A DNA stretch of 64,000 bases, from contig OZ244561.1 of the NCBI GenBank assembly GCA_965217585.1, positions 5,184,001-5,248,000 of the forward strand, read 5' to 3'. The position numbers were made by a program, and so were the translations under genes. The stretch is from Candidatus Latescibacterota bacterium. GTDB lineage: Bacteria > Latescibacterota > UBA2968 > UBA8231. The notes under the pieces are model-generated. The model made no database searches, had not been told where the DNA came from, and was given only the letters and a program-made list of their open reading frames with translations. Shown piece after piece: positions 38,779 to 48,732 of the stretch (position 1 is its first letter; each line of letters begins with the position of its first letter).

Positions 38779-41700
38779 TAGAATACGTCGGGCCAGCCCT
38801 TCCTTAAAATTGGTGGTACCCGGAGAGAGCTGGACGAGATCAAGAGTACCATCCTCACGTCCAATTTTTACGAACCGTGCAACCGGCCCCTCTTGCCTTG
38901 GTGATAGGCACTTCAAGTGCCCGAATACGATGACGGCATCCCGCGCCCTCGACAGAGCGACATTGAGACGATGTTCATCGAGCAAGAACTGAACGCGGCC
39001 GCTATTCCTCGTCATCAGAAGGATCACAATATCCGCTTCACCACCTTGAACCGCATCTACTGTGGTAGTACTTACTTTGAATTCGAAATTCAAGTTCTTG
39101 ATCTCGTTGGCAACGGCAATCTGTTGAGCTTTATATGGGCAAATCACCAAAACGCTGGACGTTACACCTTTAGTATGCTGCTGAAGGTGCTCAAGCACAG
39201 CGCGAAGTGCCTTCCTCTCAGTGGGATTTTCTATCGACTTCGAGGATTGACTCTTGGAGTGGCGATAGGTCGAAACTTTTGTGAAATCGACGAATACCAA
39301 TCGCTTGCTTGTTAGCGTCCAGCCACCGTCTTTTCTATGGGATTTGAGGTTCCCATCGTAAAACAAATTGCTGATGATGTCACCGATATCTTTGTGCATA
39401 CGGTACTGTGTTGTCAGCATGCCCTTGCTGGAATCTGGTAGCTGGTCGAATATCTCGTGAAACATGTTGCGCCGAAGGAGTTCCTCGACCTCTTTCAAAG
39501 GTAACCTGTAGCCAATATCTTCATCTAAGACGTCGTTTGTCACTGTTGGGGGCAACTGGTTGTGATCGCCAACGAGGATGATCTTTCGGGCAACGGAGGC
39601 AGGAATAAGTAGCTCTGCACCAAAGGCCTTTCCCGCTTCGTCAATAATCGCGATGTCGAACGTGCGATTCCATAACCCAAAGTCGCGTCTAGCCATTCCG
39701 ACACACGTCGCAGTATGGATCCGCCGGGATCCCAAGAGCCACTTCGTCGCTGATTCTCGGCCCTCGCGCGTGCCTAGCAACTCATTCCACCGTTTCCAAG
39801 ATTCGTTCCCACGCTCTTCTTCGTCTGGCTCCTTTCTTGATCCCTCTAACAAACCCTCTAACAAGCGCGAATGCCACACCGGCTCAAGCGCAGTTCCCTT
39901 GATCCGCTCCTTACTGCCGTAACGCACAACTTCCTCAGAGAGCCTGCTCGCCTTCATCAGGAGGTCGTTGACGAGCTTGGTGATCGCTACGTGAGTTGGG
40001 GCTGCAATAAGAACGCTAGGCCATGTCTGTTCTTGCCCTTGCTTGAAAAGCGAAAGAAGCCACTTCACGAGAAGCGTAGTCTTCCCAGTACCAGGTGGGC
40101 CCCAGACTGCCACAACAGCTTCGTCAGAGTTCAACAACCTCTCGACAGGTGCCCTGCCGAGTTGACGATTTTTAATGGCATCACCTGATAGACCGAGAAG
40201 AGTCGAATGAATCCTTGGAGAAGCAAACTTTCCAAGAATGGCATGCTCAAGTGCCCTAGATAGGGTTTGCTGCTGCGACCCCTCGGCCTGTTCAATGCGG
40301 GAAAGTCCGAACGGATTGATATCTCGAGGGGTCGCCTCGGACGGGACATCGAGTTCGAGACGACAAATGCCAAGCCGTCGATCTTCCCAGGTGGCACGTT
40401 TCACCTCCCAACTGAGATCATGCCCAACTACCCGAAGTCTGGTGTACCCATCAGCGGAAACGGCTTCGTCAACCCAGTCGGGAGGTTCGTTGTCTAAAAT
40501 CGTGCCAACAACGATACGCCCGCCACGTTTGATCTCGCCGGGAAGAAAACCGCAGGAACCCGTTATTTGCTGGTACTCTTGTTGGTCTTGATAGATCAGT
40601 GACAGTTTCCTCAGGTGGAGCGCCGTTCTGCGTTGCAGCAGCATCTGCTTCTGACTGCTGAGTTCCGCATGTATGGCTTCGACGAACAAATTGAAGAGCG
40701 AGCGATCTGCTGCTTCGTCATCTGGCGTCCCTGGTACAAAAGCGGTGATACTAGCGTGAATACGAATGGAGATCTGCGGATCGGTTTCATCGAAGAGCAC
40801 ATCTTCGAGGACAAATGCCTTATGTCCCGAATCGACCGTCGTTACAAGTGTGGCTTGACCCATCGTGAAGGCAATTCTGCCTGATTCCATAAGATGTATT
40901 CGCCAAGGGGCACCAGTCTCATTGGAGATACGTTCGTGTGCCTGCACGAGACGTGACAACATCGCTTCGTTAACCGACAGCAGGATGGGTGCCCAATACT
41001 TGCGGCTGCCTCCAACACGAGGATGAGCACGCACATGGAGAGGCTGATCGCTGTGTCGGTGCGTGATCTCTCGTAGCGTCCATATTTCGGGATAGACATC
41101 TGCGTTGGTCTCGGGCGTTAACCAACTATAATCTTGTGAACTTTTACAAGGCAGAATAAGTGAAGCGTCAAGATACTCAAGTAGAATGCCCTCTTCATCC
41201 CGCCGGATGACCTTTGCGGGTAGTGCCCCGCCACCATCGATCAGGTTGGCCTCGAGCAAAGCGGCACCTGTAGTCGTTACATTTGCAACTCGCTTCTCGT
41301 GGTCGACATTGAAAAGCATTGCGCGTCCATTGAGGTCGCTGAACCAATCTTCCACTTTGAGGCGGTAACCATAGAGTTGCTTGGGGATTTCTCCTTCAAA
41401 ATGGATTAGCCCGGCCTCTCTTGGGAAATCATTGGGTAGCTGAAGGGTTGCTGGACTCGGGATCTCGCTATGGGCACCATTTGCTGCAGTAGAGAGTTCT
41501 ATCTCTAGCTGCATCAAATAGGCCCTTTCCGCATTGATTCGGCTCAGGGCAAGGTCAAGTTCCAAAACGATCTGGCAAAAAGAATCAGACTCGCGGAGGC
41601 TTCCGAAAGGCTTCTTCAGAATCTCACGAGCTTTTTTGTGGCCAGCATCTAATTCGGTAGCAACGGCATTCCTCGTAGTGAGTTCTTGGTCAACGAGAGA

Positions 41701-41886
41701 ATTCAAATTCCTCAGGTAGTCATTGATCAGAGGACTCCTTGCTTTTGCATCAGCGGCATGAATTTGGGCAAGCTGTGCCTCTAGCGCATCAATTTCTTCC
41801 TTAACCTCAGCGGTGCGACGATTATTCCACCAGCTAACGGCACTAGCCGTGAGGCTGATTCCAGCGATGGCGAGTAGGGGTATCAC
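38761..41886 (-). CDS. Upf1/DNA2/NAM7-like SF1 helicase with N-terminal hydrophobic anchor and coiled coil
   Basis: GPPGTGKT, APTH, IDEAG, VGDHNQLPP, QYRMH, ICPYKAQ, TVDAVQGGEAD, RLNVALSRAR. Confidence 0.9.
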   Translation of the reverse strand: MIPLLAIAGISLTASAVSWWNNRRTAEVKEEIDALEAQLAQIHAADAKARSPLINDYLRNLNSLVDQELTTRNAVATELDAGHKKAREILKKPFGSLRESDSFCQIVLELDLALSRINAERAYLMQLEIELSTAANGAHSEIPSPATLQLPNDFPREAGLIHFEGEIPKQLYGYRLKVEDWFSDLNGRAMLFNVDHEKRVANVTTTGAALLEANLIDGGGALPAKVIRRDEEGILLEYLDASLILPCKSSQDYSWLTPETNADVYPEIWTLREITHRHSDQPLHVRAHPRVGGSRKYWAPILLSVNEAMLSRLVQAHERISNETGAPWRIHLMESGRIAFTMGQATLVTTVDSGHKAFVLEDVLFDETDPQISIRIHASITAFVPGTPDDEAADRSLFNLFVEAIHAELSSQKQMLLQRRTALHLRKLSLIYQDQQEYQQITGSCGFLPGEIKRGGRIVVGTILDNEPPDWVDEAVSADGYTRLRVVGHDLSWEVKRATWEDRRLGICRLELDVPSEATPRDINPFGLSRIEQAEGSQQQTLSRALEHAILGKFASPRIHSTLLGLSGDAIKNRQLGRAPVERLLNSDEAVVAVWGPPGTGKTTLLVKWLLSLFKQGQEQTWPSVLIAAPTHVAITKLVNDLLMKASRLSEEVVRYGSKERIKGTALEPVWHSRLLEGLLEGSRKEPDEEERGNESWKRWNELLGTREGRESATKWLLGSRRIHTATCVGMARRDFGLWNRTFDIAIIDEAGKAFGAELLIPASVARKIILVGDHNQLPPTVTNDVLDEDIGYRLPLKEVEELLRRNMFHEIFDQLPDSSKGMLTTQYRMHKDIGDIISNLFYDGNLKSHRKDGGWTLTSKRLVFVDFTKVSTYRHSKSQSSKSIENPTERKALRAVLEHLQQHTKGVTSSVLVICPYKAQQIAVANEIKNLNFEFKVSTTTVDAVQGGEADIVILLMTRNSGRVQFLLDEHRLNVALSRARDAVIVFGHLKCLSPRQEGPVARFVKIGREDGTLDLVQLSPGTTNFKEGLARRILPQKRS

Positions 41887-42368
41887 TTAGTTGCGTCGCT
41901 ATTATCTAGCCTCACGATTTGCACGATTTGGTCGGATAGTTGCAATAGGGATTGACGTGCCTCCTTTCTATCATCTTCACTGAGATCAGCATCCATGACC
42001 TGCTTATAGAACCCGTCAAATACCAACAACAGACTCATCAGTGCTTCACGGGATAGCTCAAGCTTCTTCATTAGAGGCTTGTTCTTTTCTTGGGCCATCT
42101 TTAGATCGACTTCCGCCTTCTTGACTGCGATCTCAGCTTCTTTGATACGTCCTTCCCACTCCTCACGTACGGACTGAAGTTCGTTGTAGGAGCGGAACGC
42201 ATCGGGAAAAGCTTTGATAGCCTCAATCAATACCATTATCTTAGCTCGTCTCGTCTCAGCGTCCTGCTCTATGTACACATTTGGTATCTTGCTGAGCTCC
42301 GTGACAGGTTTGACAAGCTCTTTGCTAAGCTCAGCGGCGGCGGGAAGTGTCAGCATTGCATGGGACAT
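41883..42368 (-). CDS. Coiled-coil hypothetical protein (161 aa)
   Basis: GAGGAG RBS; GTGA overlap with the helicase; heptad-rich sequence. Confidence 0.75.
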   Translation of the reverse strand: MSHAMLTLPAAAELSKELVKPVTELSKIPNVYIEQDAETRRAKIMVLIEAIKAFPDAFRSYNELQSVREEWEGRIKEAEIAVKKAEVDLKMAQEKNKPLMKKLELSREALMSLLLVFDGFYKQVMDADLSEDDRKEARQSLLQLSDQIVQIVRLDNSDATK

Positions 42369-42371
42369 CGT

Positions 42372-42884
42372 TCACTCCTCTGTTTGGACCGAAGTCTCGT
42401 TATAGTTTTTGAGTACGTGGCAAAGATCTGTCCACACGTTTTCCAGCGATTGTAGTTGACTGTCAAAGGCTTCCAAGTCCGGCAGTTCGGATGAACGAAT
42501 AACCGCGAGTTCATCCCAAGCCGTTCTACATACACGGCTACAAGCCAAGGCCAACGCACCAATCCTTCTCTGGACATCCTGTTCTTGTTTTATTGTCTCC
42601 TTGGCTAAATCCAGTTGTTCGCCGAGTTGTTGAAGCTCAAGTCGCAGTCGTTCTTCTTCGTGCGGAATGAATTTTCGTAACCCGTCTCGATGCTCTCTGG
42701 TGGCTCTGAGTTTCAGATAGGACTTCACGGCATCCGCGACTGAAACTGCCGCCTCGATAGTCAACAAAGTAGGATTGGCTTTTGCTGCTGCTCCCGTCAG
42801 ACCCTTCTTAAGACCATGCTTGGCAGCAAGTCTTGCACTACTTGCCATAAAAATGAGAGCGTGTCTGGGGACGCGGGTTGTCAT
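42372..42884 (-). CDS. Coiled-coil/amphipathic hypothetical protein (170 aa)
   Basis: TGATG coupling to the S1 gene; 3-nt gap to the next ATG. Confidence 0.75.
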   Translation of the reverse strand: MTTRVPRHALIFMASSARLAAKHGLKKGLTGAAAKANPTLLTIEAAVSVADAVKSYLKLRATREHRDGLRKFIPHEEERLRLELQQLGEQLDLAKETIKQEQDVQRRIGALALACSRVCRTAWDELAVIRSSELPDLEAFDSQLQSLENVWTDLCHVLKNYNETSVQTEE

Positions 42885-44461
42885 CAACTCATCCTTACAA
42901 TGCACCAAGAAGCTGGAAGTAGATGCTTTGCAACCTCACCTGAAGCCAAAGGGGTGCCATTTTTGCCTAGCGAGGGTAAACAAGGGAAAGACGATCCTTC
43001 TTGTTCCCAGACACGAACGCGCTTTTCATCCTTCAGTTGCCATACTGTAGCTGTGTACGGTTCAAAAAACAGGGTTTCAAGAGGCGTACCGTTCTTCCGC
43101 GCAACTGCATGGCATTGGGCCATGAGAAAGTTACGACATCTTAAGTTTCCATTCGCAGGACGAAATGGTTTCTTCCCAAGGGGTTCGAAGGCGACCCACA
43201 GTCCAGCCAAGAGCCAGTGTTCCGGTGTGTCAACGTAAACGGGTTTCCACGGAAGTGATCCGTCACGACGCAGGAACACGCGCAATCGGTCGTCCTCTTG
43301 GAGACGTGCAAGTATTGCTCTCTTATCTTCGGTGACAATGTGATTTATGGGCAGTTCAGGCAAAGCCTCGTCAGCCGTTCGGACAAACCTATCCTCCTCT
43401 AGTCTGTTGAAAGGGGGGCGAGGCCAAGTACTAGGATATTCGTCCTGTTCACGCTGGTCTTCGACGCGGATGAATTGGGAGGACGGGTATGCAGCACTCG
43501 CAAACAGGCCATGAATGGGGTCCGCATTGAGCTCTCGAGCACGAGCCATAGCCTCGGTAAGGTGCTCGCCTTTTGCGCTTGGACTCCATGATTCGACTAA
43601 GCCTTCGTCAACGAGGACTCTATGCACCTGATCAAGTGCCGAACAAGGCAAGCCTGTCGTCGACTGAATATCGTCCCGCGATCTTCCTGCGGCGAGCTCC
43701 TCTAGGACGTAGAGTACAACCGGATCACAGTTTTGCGGTGTTTTTGCAATCCCCCATACTTTGAAGGGCAGGCTACTGAACGCGACTGATATTTTTGGAG
43801 ATTCGGGCTGTGGCATACATGCCCGGAGGCTTCCAATGGCTTGAGCTCGCCGTTTCCGCTTGTTGGTCAACCAGCCTTCGGGAAGCTCCACACGGATGAT
43901 TTCGACCTCAGCTTCGTCCCCAAGGGCAACAACTTCGGAAGGATGGTCAATCCATGTCCAGTCGAGTTCCACGATAGGCAGCCAGACTTGGAAAGAACCC
44001 GAGTCTAGGATTGCGCCATGGTCCTTAAAGTCGATGATCTTGCCCTTGACTCGATCACCTTCATTCAGGCCTGAGAGTGCTTCACGAGTTTTGGCTTCGG
44101 CGGCAGCGCTGATACTTGCCACCCACCCTTTGAGATCATGCTTAATGAGGACAAAATCGACAGATTGCCCCTCGTGAAGTACATCGGATGGGTGATTGAT
44201 GAGGTCTGCCATATCGTGCAAGAAGACGACAGCCGTAAGCCCCCCTGAAGAGACCTTGACGAATTTATCGCCGACGTAGTCAACGCGGCCACTGAAGAGG
44301 TCGCCAGGGCTTGGTCCACTCCGAACAGTGGTACCTTTCTCCCGTCTGTCCTTCTCTGCCTTCGGGGCACTAGAGATCAAGGCCAAGAAGAGGCCGACGG
44401 CACCGGCGGCAAGGGCGAGGATGACTTTTCCGACCTTGTCTTCATCGGGTTTTTTAAACAT
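42884..44461 (-). CDS. Membrane-anchored protein with two S1-like domains and a putative winged helix
   Basis: AGGAGAGG RBS; TM VILALAAGAVGLFLALIS; S1-like HPSDVLHEGQSV and EGDRVKGKI...ELDWTWIDHPSEVVALGDEAEVEII. Confidence 0.8.
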   Translation of the reverse strand: MFKKPDEDKVGKVILALAAGAVGLFLALISSAPKAEKDRREKGTTVRSGPSPGDLFSGRVDYVGDKFVKVSSGGLTAVVFLHDMADLINHPSDVLHEGQSVDFVLIKHDLKGWVASISAAAEAKTREALSGLNEGDRVKGKIIDFKDHGAILDSGSFQVWLPIVELDWTWIDHPSEVVALGDEAEVEIIRVELPEGWLTNKRKRRAQAIGSLRACMPQPESPKISVAFSSLPFKVWGIAKTPQNCDPVVLYVLEELAAGRSRDDIQSTTGLPCSALDQVHRVLVDEGLVESWSPSAKGEHLTEAMARARELNADPIHGLFASAAYPSSQFIRVEDQREQDEYPSTWPRPPFNRLEEDRFVRTADEALPELPINHIVTEDKRAILARLQEDDRLRVFLRRDGSLPWKPVYVDTPEHWLLAGLWVAFEPLGKKPFRPANGNLRCRNFLMAQCHAVARKNGTPLETLFFEPYTATVWQLKDEKRVRVWEQEGSSFPCLPSLGKNGTPLASGEVAKHLLPASWCIVRMS

Positions 44462-44627
44462 TAGCCACCTCTCCTGTTCTCTGCCTCGGCAATGGCGACA
44501 GCCCAAGATCGTGGACGCTCCCGCTTGGAAGGTTGCTTTCTCCTCCAAACAGTAGGTCATTCCAAGGATTCACCGATCCCCACCGTCGTTACTATTATTT
44601 AAGATAGCTCTATAATGAGCCAGGCAT

Positions 44628-44792
44628 TCATGCGTCGTCGTCTGGCCAAGGAGCCTCTTCCGCGTTGAGCCGGTCTGTGGCATGATTGTAGTCGTCTTCG
44701 GCGTGTACCCAGTTCGCATTATCTTCGTCCTCTTCAATGCGGTTGTGGAGGTCTTTTTCGTAGTCGTTGGGGTCGGGTACGTCTTGGGGCAT
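44628..44792 (-). CDS. Highly acidic 54-aa protein (not in ORF track)
   Basis: AGGAGG RBS 5 nt before ATG; MPQDVPDPNDYEKDLHNRIEEDEDNANWVHAEDDYNHATDRLNAEEAPWPDDDA. Confidence 0.6.
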   Translation of the reverse strand: MPQDVPDPNDYEKDLHNRIEEDEDNANWVHAEDDYNHATDRLNAEEAPWPDDDA

Positions 44793-44943
44793 GGTGTCCT
44801 CCTATGAATTAGAGGAATTGTTCTACTTCCTCCTACGAAGGGGCTCAGCATGGGCAGCGATGTACCCGCCCAGTGCCGCAGAGGCCGATTCCCTCCACGA
44901 CGTTCAATGATAGTTTTTCTGCTTTTGTTGGGTGTAATGGGCA

Positions 44944-44983
44944 GCAGGTAGCGTATAGGGCGATCCCCCCAGACGCTACCTGC
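44944..44983. terminator. Strong hairpin (possible terminator or processing site)
   Basis: gcaggtagcgt ... acgctacctgc 11-bp perfect stem just 3' of the 45008 ORF; no clear U tract. Confidence 0.45.
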
Positions 44984-45007
44984 CTTCCTTACTTGACTTA
45001 AAGTATT

Positions 45008-45241
45008 TTAATAGCCAGCATGGTCAAATACATACACGTACCAACGTGCATGTTCTGGCCCGGCTCCACCGGGCGAAGCGTCGCAACCGCAAGAGCGGGC
45101 GATCCTATTCTCTTCCTGTTGAGCTGCCGACTTGGAGCTATGCCTACTGACAATCCTCCAATTTCTAAGGGTGGAGTACTCGGATTCCCATTCCCGCTTT
45201 CTCCTGTCAGGGTCCGTAGTGATCCCAACTCTACAAGCCAT
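45008..45241 (-). CDS. Small protein (77 aa) with a GIY-YIG-like motif
   Basis: AAGGAG RBS; RVGITTDPDRRKREW...SKSAAQQEE resembles the second half of GIY-YIG. Confidence 0.6.
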   Translation of the reverse strand: MACRVGITTDPDRRKREWESEYSTLRNWRIVSRHSSKSAAQQEENRIARSCGCDASPGGAGPEHARWYVYVFDHAGY

Positions 45242-45439
45242 GTCCTTACTCCTTATGGCTATTGTTCTGGACGCCGCTGTCTGGTATTTCCAGTTCGTAA
45301 GCATCCGGGACGTTATGGGATAGTTAAAAGCAAGATACGTACCACCCTATAATTAAGAATAAGATCGGCTAAAAAGCGCCTTTTGGCGACACGATGGCAG
45401 CGATTTGTGTTATCGTGTCATTAATATGAACGCGGCACA

Positions 45440-45468
45440 TTGACAGGGTGCTGCCATCCGGCTAGATT
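45440..45468 (+). promoter_or_regulatory. Sigma70-type promoter of uvrB
   Basis: TTGACA-17 nt-TAGATT, then AGGAGG RBS. Confidence 0.7.
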
Positions 45469-45490
45469 GGCCGCCTAGCAAGGAGGATGA

Positions 45491-47485
45491 ATGGAGCAGT
45501 TTAAGCTGGTTTCCGAGTACTCGCCCGCTGGCGACCAACCCCAAGCCATCGCCGAGCTAGTCGAGGGCGTGCGGCAGCAGCACGCCCAACAGACGCTTTT
45601 GGGCGTGACCGGCAGCGGCAAAACCTTCACCATGGCCAACGTCGTCAAGGAGTTGCAGATGCCGGCCTTGGTCATCTCGCACAACAAGACGCTGGCTGCC
45701 CAACTCTACGGCGAATTCAAGGGATATTTCCCCGACAATGCGGTCGAGTATTTCGTCAGCTACTACGACTACTATCAGCCCGAAGCCTACAAGCCGAGTA
45801 CGGACACGTACATCGAGAAGGAGGTCGAGCGCAACGAGGAGATCGATCGCTTGCGGCTCAAGGCTATCAGCTCGCTGGTGCAGCGCCGCGATGTGATCGT
45901 CGTCGCCACGGTCTCGTGCATTTACGGCATTGGCTCGCCCCGCGAATACAACGAACAGAAGGTCTCTTTGCGGCGAGGCGAGCAGGTCGAGCGCGACGAC
46001 ATTTTGCGCGCCTTAATAGACATCTATTACAGCCGCAATGACTTCGAGCTACAACGCGGCTGCTTTCGGGTGCGGGGCGACATCGTCGAGATCGTGCCTG
46101 GGTCGGAAGACCGCGCCGTGCGCATCGAGATGTTTGGCGATGAGATCGAGGGCATTTACCTGATTGACGCGCTCACCGGCGATGTGTTGGAGCCGCGCGA
46201 ACACGTCAGTCTCTTCCCGGCCAGAGCCTACGTGACCGACGAGGAGCGGGTAGAGCAAGCCTGCGAGCAAATCCTCGTCGAGCTGGAGCATCACCTCCTC
46301 GACCTGCGCACCGAAAATAAGCTGGTGGAGGCGCATCGTTTGGAGACGCGCACCAAGTACGATTTGGAGCTGGTCCGCGAGGTCGGCTTCTGTCCGGGGA
46401 TCGAAAACTACTCGCGCTACATGGACGGGCGTCAGCCGGGTTCCGCTCCGTATGTGTTGCTCGATTACTTCCCCGAGGATTACCTGCTTTTTATCGACGA
46501 GTCGCACGTGACCGTGCCGCAGATCCGGGGCATGTTTCGCGGGGACCGCTCGCGCAAGGAGACCTTGGTCGAGCACGGCTTCCGCCTGCCGTCGGCCTAC
46601 GACAATCGGCCGCTGGTGTTCAAGGAATTTGAGGAGCGGATGGGATGGACGGTCTTCGTGTCGGCCACGCCGGCGGAGTACGAACTAAAGCAGTCGGGTG
46701 GTGTGGTGGTCGAGCAGGTGATTCGGCCCACGGGATTGATCGATCCCTCCATTGAGGTGCGTCCCCAAGAGGGGCAGATCGACGACCTCGTCGAGGAAAT
46801 AAGGCAGCGGGCCGAAAGGCAAGAGCGGGTCTTGGTCACGACCATGACCAAGCGCATGGCCGAAAACCTCGCCGACTACTTTGAACAACTCGACATCCGG
46901 GTGCGCTACCTGCATTCGGATATCGAGACGTTGGACCGCGTCGAGATCCTCCGCGATTTGCGCTTAGGGAAATTTGACGTGCTGGTGGGGATCAACCTGC
47001 TGCGCGAAGGCTTGGATTTGCCCGAGGTCTCGCTGGTGGCCGTGCTCGACGCCAGCAAGGAGGGTTTCCTGCGCTCGGAGGTCGCACTGATCCAAACGGT
47101 TGGCCGCGCGGCCCGCAACGTCGCCGGCATGGTGATCTTCTACGCCGACCGCGTCACCAATTCGATGCAGAAGGCCATCGACGAGACCTATCGCCGCCGC
47201 CACAAGCAGGAGGCGCACAACGCCGAGCACGCCATTGTGCCGGAGACCATATACCGCAGTCGGGAAGAGATCATCCAGGCGACCTCGGTGCTCGAAAGCG
47301 TGCGCGGCGTTGCGCCCGAATTGGCAGCCGAGCCGACCGTGAATTACCAAGAAATAGAAGACCAAGAGGAACTGCTCGCCGACTTGGAGCAGCAGATGAA
47401 GGCCGCAGCGGCCAATTTGCAGTTCGAGAAGGCCGCGCATCTGCGCGATGAAATCACGCGGATCAAGGAGCAGCAGGTGAGTTGA
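45491..47485 (+). CDS. uvrB: Excinuclease ABC subunit B
   Basis: [38 protein letters not shown]-terminal UVR domain. Confidence 0.99.
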   Translation: MEQFKLVSEYSPAGDQPQAIAELVEGVRQQHAQQTLLGVTGSGKTFTMANVVKELQMPALVISHNKTLAAQLYGEFKGYFPDNAVEYFVSYYDYYQPEAYKPSTDTYIEKEVERNEEIDRLRLKAISSLVQRRDVIVVATVSCIYGIGSPREYNEQKVSLRRGEQVERDDILRALIDIYYSRNDFELQRGCFRVRGDIVEIVPGSEDRAVRIEMFGDEIEGIYLIDALTGDVLEPREHVSLFPARAYVTDEERVEQACEQILVELEHHLLDLRTENKLVEAHRLETRTKYDLELVREVGFCPGIENYSRYMDGRQPGSAPYVLLDYFPEDYLLFIDESHVTVPQIRGMFRGDRSRKETLVEHGFRLPSAYDNRPLVFKEFEERMGWTVFVSATPAEYELKQSGGVVVEQVIRPTGLIDPSIEVRPQEGQIDDLVEEIRQRAERQERVLVTTMTKRMAENLADYFEQLDIRVRYLHSDIETLDRVEILRDLRLGKFDVLVGINLLREGLDLPEVSLVAVLDASKEGFLRSEVALIQTVGRAARNVAGMVIFYADRVTNSMQKAIDETYRRRHKQEAHNAEHAIVPETIYRSREEIIQATSVLESVRGVAPELAAEPTVNYQEIEDQEELLADLEQQMKAAAANLQFEKAAHLRDEITRIKEQQVS

Positions 47486-47502
47486 AGGGCGCGCCGCCAA
47501 AT

Positions 47503-47531
47503 TTGACCTGCGGCGTTGTCCATTTTAGATT
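47503..47531 (+). promoter_or_regulatory. Sigma70-type promoter
   Basis: TTGACC-17 nt-TAGATT upstream of the ABC ATPase. Confidence 0.5.
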
Positions 47532-47576
47532 GATCCGGTCTTGGAGGAGCGGAGCAACATCAAATAGGAGCACATT

Positions 47577-48326
47577 ATGTCCAATGACCACGATGTGATC
47601 GTCGACGTTCGAGACGTCAAGATGGTTTACAATGCCAAGAACCGCGACGAATCAACCCATGTTCACGCGCTGCGCGGTTTGACCGTAGAGGTGTACGAAA
47701 ACGAGTTTTTTGCCATTATGGGGCCTTCTGGGTCGGGGAAGAGCACGCTTTTCAACATGATCGGTGCCCTGCAGACGCCCACCGGCGGCGAGGTGCTGAT
47801 CGAGGGCGTCAATCTGGCCTCGCTCAACACACAGCAGCAGGCTGCGGTGCGCTGCTTTGAGCTGGGTTACATTTTCCAGACCTACAATCTCCTGCCGGTG
47901 ATGAGCGCGCTGATGAACGTGTCGCTGCCCACCGTGTTTGCCGGTATGACCACGGTCGAGGGCGAAAGCCGGGCCATGGAATGTTTGAAGATTGTCGGCC
48001 TAGGCGATCGGGCCCACCACATCCCCTCCGAGCTGTCGGGTGGTCAGCAGCAGCGCGTAGCCATTGCCCGCGCCTTCGTCAACAAGCCGCGCATCATCCT
48101 CGCCGACGAGCCGACGGGCAACCTCGACAGCAACACGGGTCAAGAGATCATCAACTATATGAAGAGCCTACAACAGGAGATGGGGACGACGATCATTACC
48201 GTGACCCACGACGACAAAATGCTCACGGCCGCCGACCGCATGGCTTGGATCCGCGATGGGCGGCTAGAGCGGGTAGCCAACCGCGAGGACATCGAGATCC
48301 AGGTGGGCAGCATCAAAGAGCACTAG
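47577..48326 (+). CDS. ABC transporter ATP-binding protein (LolD/MacB type)
   Basis: [35 protein letters not shown]. Confidence 0.95.
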   Translation: MSNDHDVIVDVRDVKMVYNAKNRDESTHVHALRGLTVEVYENEFFAIMGPSGSGKSTLFNMIGALQTPTGGEVLIEGVNLASLNTQQQAAVRCFELGYIFQTYNLLPVMSALMNVSLPTVFAGMTTVEGESRAMECLKIVGLGDRAHHIPSELSGGQQQRVAIARAFVNKPRIILADEPTGNLDSNTGQEIINYMKSLQQEMGTTIITVTHDDKMLTAADRMAWIRDGRLERVANREDIEIQVGSIKEH

Positions 48327-48437
48327 CCTACTGCCGGACCCGCTCCCTTTCACGTCGGCGAAATGCCACTGACAAGAGAATTTCCGCTCAATCAAATAGA
48401 TAGGTGAATGAGGAGTCCCCTTTCGTTGAGAAGCTGC

Positions 48438-48475
48438 TTGACATCTTTCGACAGTAAACTAAGTTTAGCTAAACT
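48438..48475 (+). promoter_or_regulatory. TA promoter with palindromic operator
   Basis: TTGACA at 48438; perfect 14-bp palindrome agtttagctaaact at 48462-48475. Confidence 0.6.
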
Positions 48476-48492
48476 ACAAAGGAGGCGAATCC

Positions 48493-48732
48493 ATGCAGAT
48501 CACCAATATCCACCAAGCTAAAACACAGCTTTCCAGACTGGTCGAACGGGTGCTCCAAGGAGAGGAGATCGTCATCGGCCGGGCTGGCAAGCCGGTGGCC
48601 AAACTCGTTCCGTACGAGCGGCCTGTGCAGCCCCGTAAGGGGGGACAGTGGCGTGGTCAAGTCGCAATGGAGGACAACTTCGACGAGTTACCGGCAGAAA
48701 TAGCTACGGCCTTTATGGGCGAACAACCGTGA
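48493..48732 (+). CDS. Phd/YefM-family antitoxin
   Basis: NIHQAKTQLSRLVERV..GEEIVIGRAGKPVAKLVP. Confidence 0.92.
   Translation: MQITNIHQAKTQLSRLVERVLQGEEIVIGRAGKPVAKLVPYERPVQPRKGGQWRGQVAMEDNFDELPAEIATAFMGEQP

Noticed and set aside
44570-44851. 93-aa Thr-rich ORF from the track
   Set aside because: Alternative frame of the 54-aa acidic ORF, which has the strong RBS
45432-45452. ggcac-N9-gtgct as a CIRCE element for dnaK
   Set aside because: Arms and spacing do not match TTAGCACTC-N9-GAGTGCTAA; it overlaps the uvrB -35 box
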